Shown here one piece after another: positions 38,348 to 47,536 of a DNA stretch of 64,000 nt. Source of the stretch: an uncultured Fibrobacteria bacterium (GTDB taxonomy: Bacteria > Fibrobacterota > Fibrobacteria > UBA11236). Under the pieces are notes generated by a model, which did no database searches, had not been told where the DNA came from, and was given only the letters and a program-made list of their open reading frames with translations. Every line of letters begins with the position of its first letter. Positions within the stretch are counted from its first letter, which is position 1. The stretch is from assembly GCA_963716395.1 (NCBI GenBank), contig OY970309.1:96001-160000 (forward strand), written 5' to 3'. The translations under genes were made by a program, and so were the position numbers.

Positions 38348-38743
38348 ATGAGACCTTCTTTGCGCCTGGCCGTGGCCTTGAAATACGAACACCATGAGGA
38401 TGTGGCTCCGCTGGTGTTGGCGGCCGGCCGCAACGAAGCGGCCGAAGCCTTGGTGGAGCGGGCCCGCGATCTCGACATTCCCGTGCAGACCGACGCACCG
38501 CTGGCCCAGGCTCTGGATCTGGTTCCGGTGGGCGCCTTCGTGCCCGAGGAACTTTATCCCGTGGTGGCGCAGGTGCTGGCCCTGGTCTACACGATGGATC
38601 GCCAGGTGGGCAAACGGGAGAGCGAACTCACGGAGTCGACCGCATCCGGCCGGTCGGCCGAACCGGTTCGGCCGACCGGCCGGGTCGGGGGGAATTTTCC
38701 CTCGTCAAACGATGGATCAGAAGCGTCGGGATTAATTTTATAA
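38348..38743 (+). CDS. Stand-alone FlhB/EscU cytoplasmic-domain protein (YlqH/FlhX-like)
   Basis: AVALKY...APLVLAAG...A..L...A....IPV..D..LA..L..V.VG..VPEELY.VVA.VL; perfect TATAAT at 38319-38324 and GGAG SD upstream. Confidence 0.85.
   Translation: MRPSLRLAVALKYEHHEDVAPLVLAAGRNEAAEALVERARDLDIPVQTDAPLAQALDLVPVGAFVPEELYPVVAQVLALVYTMDRQVGKRESELTESTASGRSAEPVRPTGRVGGNFPSSNDGSEASGLIL
38646..38683. repeat. Perfect 38-bp palindrome
   Basis: CCGGCCGGTCGGCCGAACCGGTTCGGCCGACCGGCCGG equals its own reverse complement. Confidence 0.95.
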
Positions 38744-38751
38744 GCAGGCAA

Positions 38752-39261
38752 ATGGGGAGCGAGAAGGGAGTCACCGTGGAGGCAATGGAATCCGAAGGAA
38801 CCTATAGCGTGGATTGCGCCAGCGATCTTGACTACGTGCCTCCGCTGCGGCATTTCGTGGCCGATCTCGCCCGGCTGGAAGGCTTTCCCAAAAAATTCTG
38901 TTTCCGCACCGAAATCCTGGTGGACGAACTGGTGACCAATGCCATTCAGCACGGCTGCCAGGAGCCGCAAAGCGAAATCCAGGTGCGCGTTTCCTTTGCC
39001 AGCGACCGCATGGATTTGTCGGTGCAGGACGCCGGCGGAAAACCGGAAAACCTGGAGGGCCTGCGCACCGCAGTGTACACCCCGAGGCCGCAGCAGCAGG
39101 AGACCAAAGGCCGGGGGCTGGTCATCGTGCAGATGTTGAGCGACGAACTCAACCTCAACCTGACCGATACGGGTCATACCCAGGTGCGCGTCACCAAGCT
39201 GCGCGAAGACCAGGACGACCTGCCGGGAGAACGTCAGGTGCTGTTCGAGGGCCAGCCATGA
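38752..39261 (+). CDS. RsbW/SpoIIAB-like anti-sigma factor Ser kinase (HATPase_c)
   Basis: DELVTNAIQHG, V.DAGG, GRGLVIVQMLSD; start may be GTG 38776. Confidence 0.85.
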   Translation: MGSEKGVTVEAMESEGTYSVDCASDLDYVPPLRHFVADLARLEGFPKKFCFRTEILVDELVTNAIQHGCQEPQSEIQVRVSFASDRMDLSVQDAGGKPENLEGLRTAVYTPRPQQQETKGRGLVIVQMLSDELNLNLTDTGHTQVRVTKLREDQDDLPGERQVLFEGQP

Positions 39262-40037
39262 AAATCACCCAAGCGCTCAATCCGCATGACACGCGGGTGG
39301 TGAACCTGCATTTCGCAGGCGATCTCAACGCCGCCGATTGCGAGGCCGTTACCCAGGTCTTCCAGGGATTGCTCGACGGCGGCAAGTATTTCATCGCGGC
39401 CATCATGGGGGAGGTCACCTTCATCTCCTCGCCGTTTCTGGGCGCGCTCATGGGGTGCAAACTGCGGTTGGCCGAACGCGGGGGCAATCTGGTCCTGGTC
39501 GGCCTGAATTTTCCTTTGCGGGAAAAATTGGCCATGATGGGCGCCGACAAGATTTTCCGGTTTTACCCGGATGCGGCAGCGGCTTTCCAGCATTTCAATT
39601 GGGAATACTCCGACGCCACGCAATCGGTGCGCACCGTCATTCCGCCCAAACTGCAATCCATCCCCGCGGTGCGCCGGTTTTTCTCCGGCATTGCGCGCCA
39701 GAAGGGATACAGTGCCCGCGACGCTTTTCGCATCGAAACCTTGGTGGACGAAGTGGCCAACAACGCCATCGAGCACGGTGAAGCGGGTCAGACGAATATC
39801 TATCTTGAAGTGCGTATCAGCCGCCGCAAAATGGAGTTGCTCGTTCGCAACAAAACCCGGATGGACAAGGTGGGGCAATTGAAGGAAATCATCGAAGCCA
39901 ATCGCGCCGTGCTCAATGGCTCCACGGTGCGGGGTCGCGGTCTGGCCCTGGTGAAATTGATCAGCCATTCCATCGACGTCTCCATCGACAAGGCCGGAAC
40001 TTGCGTGAGCGTCACCAAACTGCGGGAGGATGCCTGA
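39258..40037 (+). CDS. STAS + RsbW-like HATPase fusion protein
   Basis: N-terminal GDLNA...VTFISSPFLGAL..GGNLVL; C-terminal DEVANNAIEHG, GRGLALVKLIS; ATGA overlap. Confidence 0.82.
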   Translation: MKITQALNPHDTRVVNLHFAGDLNAADCEAVTQVFQGLLDGGKYFIAAIMGEVTFISSPFLGALMGCKLRLAERGGNLVLVGLNFPLREKLAMMGADKIFRFYPDAAAAFQHFNWEYSDATQSVRTVIPPKLQSIPAVRRFFSGIARQKGYSARDAFRIETLVDEVANNAIEHGEAGQTNIYLEVRISRRKMELLVRNKTRMDKVGQLKEIIEANRAVLNGSTVRGRGLALVKLISHSIDVSIDKAGTCVSVTKLREDA

Positions 40038-40396
40038 TGGACACACAAATCGAATTGCAGATTTCGGATTTGCCGGAGGTACCCCAAGGTAAGGTCGTGA
40101 AATTCGTGGGCGATCTCGACGCCACCAATGTGGAAGCAACCCTGGATCAAGTGACCAAGCTGATCCGCGACGGATACGTGAATATCGTCGCCGACTTTCA
40201 GAACCTGCGCTACGTGAACAGCACCGGGTTGGGTATCCTGCTGCACTTCACCAAAACCACCAAAGAGCACAACGGCTGTTTCAAGATTGCCAGCGTAAAC
40301 GAAAACGTCTACGAAATCATCGAAATCATCGGCGCCAACACCTTGCTGGACATCTATGAAAGCGTAGAGGCGGCGCAGGCTTCATTCAAACGCTGA
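40037..40396 (+). CDS. RsbV/SpoIIAA-like anti-anti-sigma (STAS) protein
   Basis: GDLDATN, DFQNLRYVNSTGLGIL with phosphorylatable Ser, IYESVEAA; TGATG overlap. Confidence 0.88.
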   Translation: MDTQIELQISDLPEVPQGKVVKFVGDLDATNVEATLDQVTKLIRDGYVNIVADFQNLRYVNSTGLGILLHFTKTTKEHNGCFKIASVNENVYEIIEIIGANTLLDIYESVEAAQASFKR

Positions 40397-40544
40397 CCCG
40401 CGGCCTTGGCCGCCCCCTCGCTCCGCCGCCCTTCCCTTCGGCTTGAATCTTTCGCGGCGGAATGACTTTTGCAGCGCGTTCTATTAATTTACTGAACCTT
40501 CGGTGCCAATGCCGCCCTTGCGGGCAATACGAGAGGAAGACTTT

Positions 40545-43019
40545 ATGAAGAAGCGTTTGGTCCTGTTTCCGGTTTTGACCTTGCTGGTGGCCTGCAACGG
40601 ACACCAGGAAGAAGGCAAGGTGTTGGCCCGGATCGACGGCGAGCCGTTCACGACCAGCGACTTCGATGCGCGTCTGCTCGCGGAAAACCATTTCAACGAA
40701 TCGGGAATGGCCCCCGATATGCGGCGGGATGATTTCGATCGTATGCTGCGCTCCCGCTTGGGGGCGCTGGCCGCGCGAAAAGACGGCTTCTTCAAGAACG
40801 ACTCCCTGCGCCGCCGTCTAGACCTTTCCGATCAGCGCGTGATCGTCCAATACTATTACGACGACTATCTCAAAGCCCATGGCGGGCACACCGAAAAGGA
40901 ATTGAAAGCCTTTTATCTTGCCCATCCGCAATCCTTTTCCGACGATTCGGGTAAACTGATTCCTTTCCTGCCGGCCGAAAGCCGGATTGCCGACTCCCTG
41001 GACCTTTCCACCGCCAACCTTGACTCGTTCTATCTGGCCAACAGCGCCAACTACAGACAGCGGGCCAGTTGCGAGGTCTCGCTGATCAAAACCGCCAAGC
41101 GCAAAACCGCCGAAGCCGCGCTCAAGGCCCTGCAAGGCGGCATGTCGTTCGCAGCCGCCGCCATGCGCTATTCCACCGACCCTTCCAAAAAGAACGGCGG
41201 CAAAATCGGCAGCGTCCAAGAAGGCGAGCCCAATTACACCATCGGACAGAATGCGCCGCTCGACAGCCTGTTCTTCGACTCGACCACCCGCCTCAAACCG
41301 GGGCAGGTATCCCGCCCCATTCCCAAAGACTCGGAATTCGTGCTGGTGCGTCCCGACAGTTGCCATGACGCGGTATTGCCGCCCTTGGCCGCCGAGCATC
41401 GACAAGTAATGATCGATTACCTGCGCGAATACAAAAACGACCTGGTGGCCAATGTCAAGGATCGACTGGATAAGAAGTACCAGTTGAAACGGATTCCGGT
41501 GTACAAGGAGCCGACCGAAGCTGAAATCCAGAACTACTACAACCAGAACAAGACGAATTACGAGAGCCCCGAAACCTACGAGATTTACGACATCGAAACC
41601 GCAAAAAAAGCCAAGGTGTCGCCCGAATTTCAAAAGGTGAAGGATTTGGCGGCTTTCAAAGCCTTGGCCGCCAAGACAAATGAAAACTCCTGGACCAAGT
41701 CGCAAGACGGCTACGTGGGCGTGATCAAGCGCGACTATTGCCTGCCCTACGGCATCGGCATGCTTCCCGATTTGTTTTCCGCGATGGATACGTTAAACGC
41801 AGGCAAGGTCGGGCCGATTTACAGCACCACTACGCAGAACTGGAATTTCTTCTGGCTGGTGAAAAAAGGCCCGCGCACGGTCAAACCCCTGGAGCGCGTG
41901 CATACCCTCGTGAAGCAGGATTTGATCGCCAACCGCGTCACTTCGGTAGCGCCCACCGATACCCTGGCGATTACGGGGAACGGACATGTTTTTCTCCAAA
42001 GCGACGTGGACTTCCTGCGCGAAGAGATTCCGGCGTATATGCGCGAACGGTTCACCCGTGAGCAGGTGCTCGATTACCTCATTTACTGGCAATTGCCGAC
42101 CGACGAGGCCAAATCCCTGGGGCTGACCGACGAGCCGAAGCTGATCGGGGCCCGCGCCCAAAATTCGGACGCCTTCTGGAACAATGTGTACAACGAATTC
42201 GTGCTTAAACGCACCGAAGACGAAGATACGACGCTGTTGGCCAATACCTTCGCGAAAAACCGCAGCGTATTCACCAAGGATTCGGGAGACACGGATTGGC
42301 ACACGCATGTCGCCGACATCGCCGGCTATTTGGAATTGACGCCGAAAGATTTCGAAATCGAGTATCACACCAATCCCGAAAAGTACCGGCACGACACCAC
42401 GGCCATGACTTTTGACGAAGCGCGCTTCGACATCTACCGGAACCTGGCCGATCTGGGGCAGGAGCGTTTACAAAAGTCCGAATTCGAGAAGCTGAAAAGA
42501 CGTTTCCACGCGCGCATCGAAGACGCTTCCCTGCGGGAACCGAGCTATGAACCGCCGGGAAAATATCTGAAAGAAGCGCAGAAGCTGCATTACAACCGCG
42601 AGTTGGAAAAAGCGCTCACTTTGTACCAGCAGTTGCGCGAACATTTTCCCAACAACGAAGGCGTGCAGGATTCGGTTTCTTTCGGCATGGCGCAGATTTA
42701 TGTCGAGCAGGAAAATTTCCAGCAGGCGTTGGCCGAATATCGGCGCGTGAGCTATCTGTATCCGCACGACGCCGACGATTACAAAGCCATGTTCATGGTG
42801 GGCTTCATTCTGTCGGAGAATCTCAAGCAGGATTCGGCGGCGGTGCGTGCCTTTCAATCCATGCTGGATAAGTATCCCAAAACCGATCTTTCCGACGACG
42901 CCGACTGGATGATCCGCAACATCCGCAGCGGCGGCAAACTGATGCCGGTGTTGCATTCCGACAGCGGATGGTCGGCGCCGGATTCAACCGGCAGCAAAGG
43001 CAAAGCCGGCAAGAAGTGA
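40545..43019 (+). CDS. Parvulin (PpiC-type) PPIase-like lipoprotein with C-terminal TPR
   Basis: Lipobox LVAC; VLARIDGE; SFAAAAMRYSTDPSKKNGGKIG; PTEAEIQNYYNQNK; TPR pairs ending FP/YP. Confidence 0.78.
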   Translation: MKKRLVLFPVLTLLVACNGHQEEGKVLARIDGEPFTTSDFDARLLAENHFNESGMAPDMRRDDFDRMLRSRLGALAARKDGFFKNDSLRRRLDLSDQRVIVQYYYDDYLKAHGGHTEKELKAFYLAHPQSFSDDSGKLIPFLPAESRIADSLDLSTANLDSFYLANSANYRQRASCEVSLIKTAKRKTAEAALKALQGGMSFAAAAMRYSTDPSKKNGGKIGSVQEGEPNYTIGQNAPLDSLFFDSTTRLKPGQVSRPIPKDSEFVLVRPDSCHDAVLPPLAAEHRQVMIDYLREYKNDLVANVKDRLDKKYQLKRIPVYKEPTEAEIQNYYNQNKTNYESPETYEIYDIETAKKAKVSPEFQKVKDLAAFKALAAKTNENSWTKSQDGYVGVIKRDYCLPYGIGMLPDLFSAMDTLNAGKVGPIYSTTTQNWNFFWLVKKGPRTVKPLERVHTLVKQDLIANRVTSVAPTDTLAITGNGHVFLQSDVDFLREEIPAYMRERFTREQVLDYLIYWQLPTDEAKSLGLTDEPKLIGARAQNSDAFWNNVYNEFVLKRTEDEDTTLLANTFAKNRSVFTKDSGDTDWHTHVADIAGYLELTPKDFEIEYHTNPEKYRHDTTAMTFDEARFDIYRNLADLGQERLQKSEFEKLKRRFHARIEDASLREPSYEPPGKYLKEAQKLHYNRELEKALTLYQQLREHFPNNEGVQDSVSFGMAQIYVEQENFQQALAEYRRVSYLYPHDADDYKAMFMVGFILSENLKQDSAAVRAFQSMLDKYPKTDLSDDADWMIRNIRSGGKLMPVLHSDSGWSAPDSTGSKGKAGKK

Positions 43020-43042
43020 ATTGCACGATGGCTTTGTGCGTT

Positions 43043-43078
43043 GCCTCGCCTCTGCGGTCGGCTTACCGCAGAGGAGGC
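43043..43078. terminator. Stem-loop between convergent genes
   Basis: CCTCTGCGGT-cggctt-ACCGCAGAGG, extended by GCCT/AGGC; no clear U-tract. Confidence 0.45.
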
Positions 43079-43211
43079 CTGAACCTGGTTCCAGTCGAAA
43101 GATGTTCGCAGCTCAAGCCCATCGAGGGCTGAGCCTGTCGCAGCCCGAAGGGAATTCCCATCCTTGGTCCGCCAAGGCCGGAAATAAACATTCGGGTAGC
43201 GGTACTCTTTG

Positions 43212-43270
43212 GGGTACCTCTAATAATCGCATTCTCCGCCTGCGGCGGACCGATTGTTAGAGATACCCTT
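43212..43270. repeat. REP/MITE-like inverted-repeat element, copy 2
   Basis: 18-bp arms GGGTACCTCTAATAATCG / CGATTGTTAGAGATACCC (2 mismatches) around TCCGCC-tgc-GGCGGA. Confidence 0.6.
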
Positions 43271-45732
43271 TAGATTAAAGAAGAATGGCCCGACGGTTTT
43301 GTTGCGGAAGTACCTTTGCGGTAGCCGCCTTCGTAGTAATAGGCGTATTTCTTATAACGATCTCTTTCGACGGGCGTATGGCGCAACCCGTTCAGCACCG
43401 CGCCCACGCGCACATTCCGTTCGCGCAATCTTTCCACCGCGGCCAGGGCTTGCGACAAGGGCGTACTTCCCGAGCGGCTGACGAAAATCACCCCATCGGT
43501 CAATTCCGCCACGGCCAGGGGGTCGGAGGTGATGGCCATGGGCGGCGTGTCGATGATCACCACGTCGAATTGTTCGCCCACCATGCGCACAAAAGCCTTG
43601 AATTTCTCCGAGCTGATCAGCTCGCCCGCATTGCCGTTGAAATTTTTGCGCGGCAGCAACACCAGGTTTTTTTGCACCGAAGGCATATAACACCAGGTTG
43701 CCGCGCGCAAAAATTCCTCGCGGCTCAAATGTTCCTGGCCCAGCATTTCGTCGAGCCCGGTGGTGGGCGCCACTTGAAAGGCTTGTGCCAATCGCCCGAG
43801 GCGGAAATCGGCGTCGATGAGCAAAGTGCGCTTGCCCTTGCGCGCGAAGGCGAGGGCGAGGTTGGAACTGATCATCGTCTTCCCCTCTTCGGGCAGAGCC
43901 GAAGTAACCATGAGCAGCAATTTTCCGGCCCGTTCCGGGCGCCCGAAAAAGCTCTCGCACTCTTCGCGGATCATGCGAAAACCTTCGAGATCAGAGAAGG
44001 TGAAGGCTGAGCCGTAATACAGCAAATAGGGATCCAGTGCGTCTTTTTTCGAGGTAAAGGGCGGCGGCGCGCTTAGGGCCAGGTCGCCCAGAAATTTCAC
44101 CCGCAGCAACCGGCGCACGTCGTCGGGAGTCCAGACTTTCGGAAGCAAAAGATGAAACAGCGATAGGAGGGCCGGGAGCAGCAAGGCTAGGAGCAGCACC
44201 ACCGCGGCCGCGATCGCCACACGCGACTGGAGCGAAGGGGGAATATAGGACGCAGGGCGCGCCTCATCCACCACCGTGACTTTGAAGAAATCCGATCCGG
44301 TCGCCAATTTTGCCCGGTTATAACCTTCCTGCAGATGATCATAGATTTGCTGGTTGTTGGCGTTCACCTGGTTCAGATGATCCAATTCCATGCGTACCGA
44401 CGCCGGCACATTGGCGGCCGCGGCAGGTGCGGAATGGGCGACTTTTTGGCGCAACTCGGCTTCGGTTTGCTGCAAAGTTTGATCCAGGGTCTTTTCCGCG
44501 GCGTCGACTTCGGAGTAGAGTTCGTCCAGTTTGGAGTAGGCATCCAGCAGGCGCGGATGCTCCGGCCCCAAAGTTGCTTTCAACGTGGTCAGTTGGTTGT
44601 TGAGCTCGGTCAGGCGGCCGCGGAGAATGGAAGCGTGCGGATCTCCGGCGTCGGACATGGCCGATAGAAGATCCAAGGCCCAGAAATAACGCTCGTCCTG
44701 TTTGTCTTTGGCCGGCTTGGCCTGATACGCCGATTCCACCTTGGACTTTTGCGCTTCCAAGGCGTCGAGCCGCTGGCGGCTTTCGACATAGGACAGGTTG
44801 TCGGCAGCCTGGGCCGCACCCGGCTGCTCTAGGCCGGGGTGATCGGCGTAATACTGCGTAATCGCGTACTGGCTTTGCGACAGCCTCTGTTTGGCCTGCT
44901 GTAAATCCTGCTCCATCTGCACCAGCACCCCTTGCCCCTGGACCTGGGTGGTGCCGTAATAGGCGTCGAGAAATTGATCGCGCAAGGTGTTGAGAATATC
45001 AGCCACCAGGAAGGGGTCGCGATCCGACAGCGTCACCTTGAAATTCGAACTGCCCAACGGATTGACCGAGAGACCGTTCTTCAGCAGGCTTACCGCATAT
45101 CCCATCGAAATGAAACGGAAGGTGACGGCACGACGACCGCTGCGGGGAATGAAGGTCGGATCGAAATCCACTTCGCAGCCTTTGAACTCCAGCACGTTTC
45201 CGTCCCGCAGGGCGCCGTCGAAGATCACCGAATCCGACCGGCCCGACGAGGATTTGAAGGTCACTTCCGCCCCGTTCGGCTGCAAGACCACCTTGTAATA
45301 GCCGAACCGCAGGGAATCGGAGTATTTCACCGCCGTCAATGTATTGGGGCGGAACACATCCGGCGTCTCAATTCTCAGGCGCAGACCGAGTTTGCGAACC
45401 GTGGCTTCCAGCACCTGATAGCTGGTGAACAGGGTGACGATGCTTTCGCCTTCGGAGATGGCCACGTCGTGCATGACGTTGTTCTGCGCGCCCACGACAA
45501 TGGGAAAACGCAAAATGGTGTCGGCCGAATACGTATGCGGCAGGTTGACCATGGTCAAAAAACCGCCGATGGGCACGGACAGAAGCGCCCAGGTGATCAG
45601 TAATGGCCAGCGTTTCAGCCACAGAATATGCGCGAGACTGCGTGGAGAAAGGAAACGCAAGCGAAACGGGTTGGACTCGTCTTTTTCTTCGTCGGTGAAG
45701 CCGGCCATGGTGTACGACTTGGAAGAGGGCAT
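43270..45732 (-). CDS. wzc: Wzc/GumC polysaccharide co-polymerase with BY-kinase domain
   Basis: Two TMs with coiled-coil periplasmic region (GPEHP); VTSALPEEGKT, LLIDAD, VIIDTPP; C-terminal YKKYAYYYEGGY; start 45732 or 45708. Confidence 0.88.
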   Translation of the reverse strand: MPSSKSYTMAGFTDEEKDESNPFRLRFLSPRSLAHILWLKRWPLLITWALLSVPIGGFLTMVNLPHTYSADTILRFPIVVGAQNNVMHDVAISEGESIVTLFTSYQVLEATVRKLGLRLRIETPDVFRPNTLTAVKYSDSLRFGYYKVVLQPNGAEVTFKSSSGRSDSVIFDGALRDGNVLEFKGCEVDFDPTFIPRSGRRAVTFRFISMGYAVSLLKNGLSVNPLGSSNFKVTLSDRDPFLVADILNTLRDQFLDAYYGTTQVQGQGVLVQMEQDLQQAKQRLSQSQYAITQYYADHPGLEQPGAAQAADNLSYVESRQRLDALEAQKSKVESAYQAKPAKDKQDERYFWALDLLSAMSDAGDPHASILRGRLTELNNQLTTLKATLGPEHPRLLDAYSKLDELYSEVDAAEKTLDQTLQQTEAELRQKVAHSAPAAAANVPASVRMELDHLNQVNANNQQIYDHLQEGYNRAKLATGSDFFKVTVVDEARPASYIPPSLQSRVAIAAAVVLLLALLLPALLSLFHLLLPKVWTPDDVRRLLRVKFLGDLALSAPPPFTSKKDALDPYLLYYGSAFTFSDLEGFRMIREECESFFGRPERAGKLLLMVTSALPEEGKTMISSNLALAFARKGKRTLLIDADFRLGRLAQAFQVAPTTGLDEMLGQEHLSREEFLRAATWCYMPSVQKNLVLLPRKNFNGNAGELISSEKFKAFVRMVGEQFDVVIIDTPPMAITSDPLAVAELTDGVIFVSRSGSTPLSQALAAVERLRERNVRVGAVLNGLRHTPVERDRYKKYAYYYEGGYRKGTSATKPSGHSSLI

Positions 45733-45797
45733 GCCCGCAGCAAAAGTAGATTTCTTCGCGTCCGACCCTTTGGAGTCGGCCGACCTTGCTTGCGCGC

Positions 45798-46928
45798 ATG
45801 CCTGAATCGCAACTTCCCCACGTGGCCCATCTGACCTTGGGCCTGCCGCTCGGCGGCACCGAACGTCTGGTCGAGCGCATGGCACGCAAGCCGCCGAAGG
45901 GTTTCCGGGCATCCGTCGTCTGCCTGGATCAAGTCGGCGCCTTGGGCGAAGGGCTGCTGCGCGACGGCATCGAACTGAAACATGTGCCGCGCCGGCCGGG
46001 TTTCGACCATACCTTGCCCTGGCGCCTGGCCGCGCATGCCGCACGCCGCCGAATTGATGTGCTGCATTGCCACCAATACACCCCCTGGTTTTACGGCGTG
46101 CTGGCGCGCCTGTTCCGGCCACGGCTGAAGATCTTATTCACCGAACATGGCCGCTTCTATCCCGACGTCCCCTCGGGCAAACGGCGGATTTTCAACCGGA
46201 TCCTCAGCCCTTGGACACAGGGGATTACGGCCGTGTCGCCGGCGGTGAAAGACGCCCTAGTGCGCGTCGAGGCTTTTCCCGCCGGCAAGATCCGCATCGT
46301 CTTCAACGGCATTGAAGCCCCGGTCGCGGGTGACCGCGTTGCCTTACGCCGGCGCCTGTCGCTGCACCCGGATTGGGTGTATTTCATTTTGTGCGCGCGT
46401 TTCGATCCCATCAAATGGATTCCCGGCCTGGTGGCGGCCTTCGCCCGGGTGGCGCATGGGCGATCCGATTGCGGCCTTATTCTGGTGGGCGACGGCCCCG
46501 AGGCCGAAGCCGTGCGCCGGGCCGTGCGCAGCTTCGGCCTGGAAGATCGGGTCGTGCTGCCGGGTTTTCAGGATCAGGTGGCGGATTGGCTGGGCGCCGC
46601 CGACATTTTCGTTCTCAGCAGCCTCAGCGAAGGCACCAGCGTCAGCCTGATCGAGTCGATGGCCTTGGGGTTGCCGAGCGTGGCCACGGCGGTGGGCGGC
46701 AATGTTTTCGTGGTGGAAGACAGGGTCACGGGGTTGCTGGCACCGTCCGAAAACGCCGAGGCCCTGGCCGCGGCCATGGCGGAATTGGCGGACCATCCCG
46801 CGTTGCGGCACGCGATGGGAGATGCGGCCCGCCGACACTTCGAATCCGACTTCCGCCTCGACCGCATGATCGAAACCTATCGCGCCATCTATCTTGAACT
46901 GCTGGGAAAAAAGAAAGCGGCGGCGTGA
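45798..46928 (+). CDS. GT4 glycosyltransferase
   Basis: LGGTER, FTEHG, VFNGI, ADIFVLSSLSEGTSVSLIESMALGLP.VAT.VGGN. Confidence 0.92.
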   Translation: MPESQLPHVAHLTLGLPLGGTERLVERMARKPPKGFRASVVCLDQVGALGEGLLRDGIELKHVPRRPGFDHTLPWRLAAHAARRRIDVLHCHQYTPWFYGVLARLFRPRLKILFTEHGRFYPDVPSGKRRIFNRILSPWTQGITAVSPAVKDALVRVEAFPAGKIRIVFNGIEAPVAGDRVALRRRLSLHPDWVYFILCARFDPIKWIPGLVAAFARVAHGRSDCGLILVGDGPEAEAVRRAVRSFGLEDRVVLPGFQDQVADWLGAADIFVLSSLSEGTSVSLIESMALGLPSVATAVGGNVFVVEDRVTGLLAPSENAEALAAAMAELADHPALRHAMGDAARRHFESDFRLDRMIETYRAIYLELLGKKKAAA

Positions 46929-47536
46929 AGCGGTTCCTCAAATCCCTCCTCCTTTTGGCCGCAACAGCGGCGGCTTCACCTTTGTGGTTTTTGTATCGAT
47001 TGCAACGATCATTTCTCGGCGATCCGCGTTCGTTCTACGACTTCTCGCAACTGCTCAGCCTGTTTCCCGGGACCGGGGGGAATTACCTGCGTTACGGCTT
47101 TTACCGCCTGACCCTGGCGCGGCTGGGCCGCGACGCCTGCATCTGCTTCGGCGCCACCCTCACCCATCCCGGCATCGAAATCGGCCGCGGCGTCTATGTC
47201 GGGCCTTTCGCCAATCTGGGGCTGTGCGTGCTGGGCGACGACGTGCTCATCGGCACCGGCGCCCATATCGTCAGCGGTTTCGGGCAGCATGGCAGCGCCG
47301 ATGTGGAAATTCCCATGCGCGAACAACCGGGCGTCTGGCGCACCGTGCGCATCGGCGACGATTGCTGGATCGGCAACCAGGCCGTGGTGGGCAACCACGT
47401 GGGCCGCAAATCCATCATCGGGGCTGCGTCCTTGGTGACGCATGAAATCCCGGAATTCTCGGTGGCGGCGGGCAACCCGGCCCGCGTCTTGCGCGACCGA
47501 CGATTATCCCCGCCCGGCGCCGATGTCTCCGCTTAA
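46925..47536 (+). CDS. Hexapeptide-repeat (LbH) O-acyltransferase
   Basis: IGRGVYVG, LGDDVLIG, IGDDCWIG, VAAGNPARVLR; GTGA overlap. Confidence 0.88.
   Translation: MKRFLKSLLLLAATAAASPLWFLYRLQRSFLGDPRSFYDFSQLLSLFPGTGGNYLRYGFYRLTLARLGRDACICFGATLTHPGIEIGRGVYVGPFANLGLCVLGDDVLIGTGAHIVSGFGQHGSADVEIPMREQPGVWRTVRIGDDCWIGNQAVVGNHVGRKSIIGAASLVTHEIPEFSVAAGNPARVLRDRRLSPPGADVSA

Noticed and set aside
40458-40473. Sigma54-like GG-N10-GC (CGGAATGACTTTTGCA) upstream of the PPIase gene
   Set aside because: Weak -24 match and no supporting activator evidence
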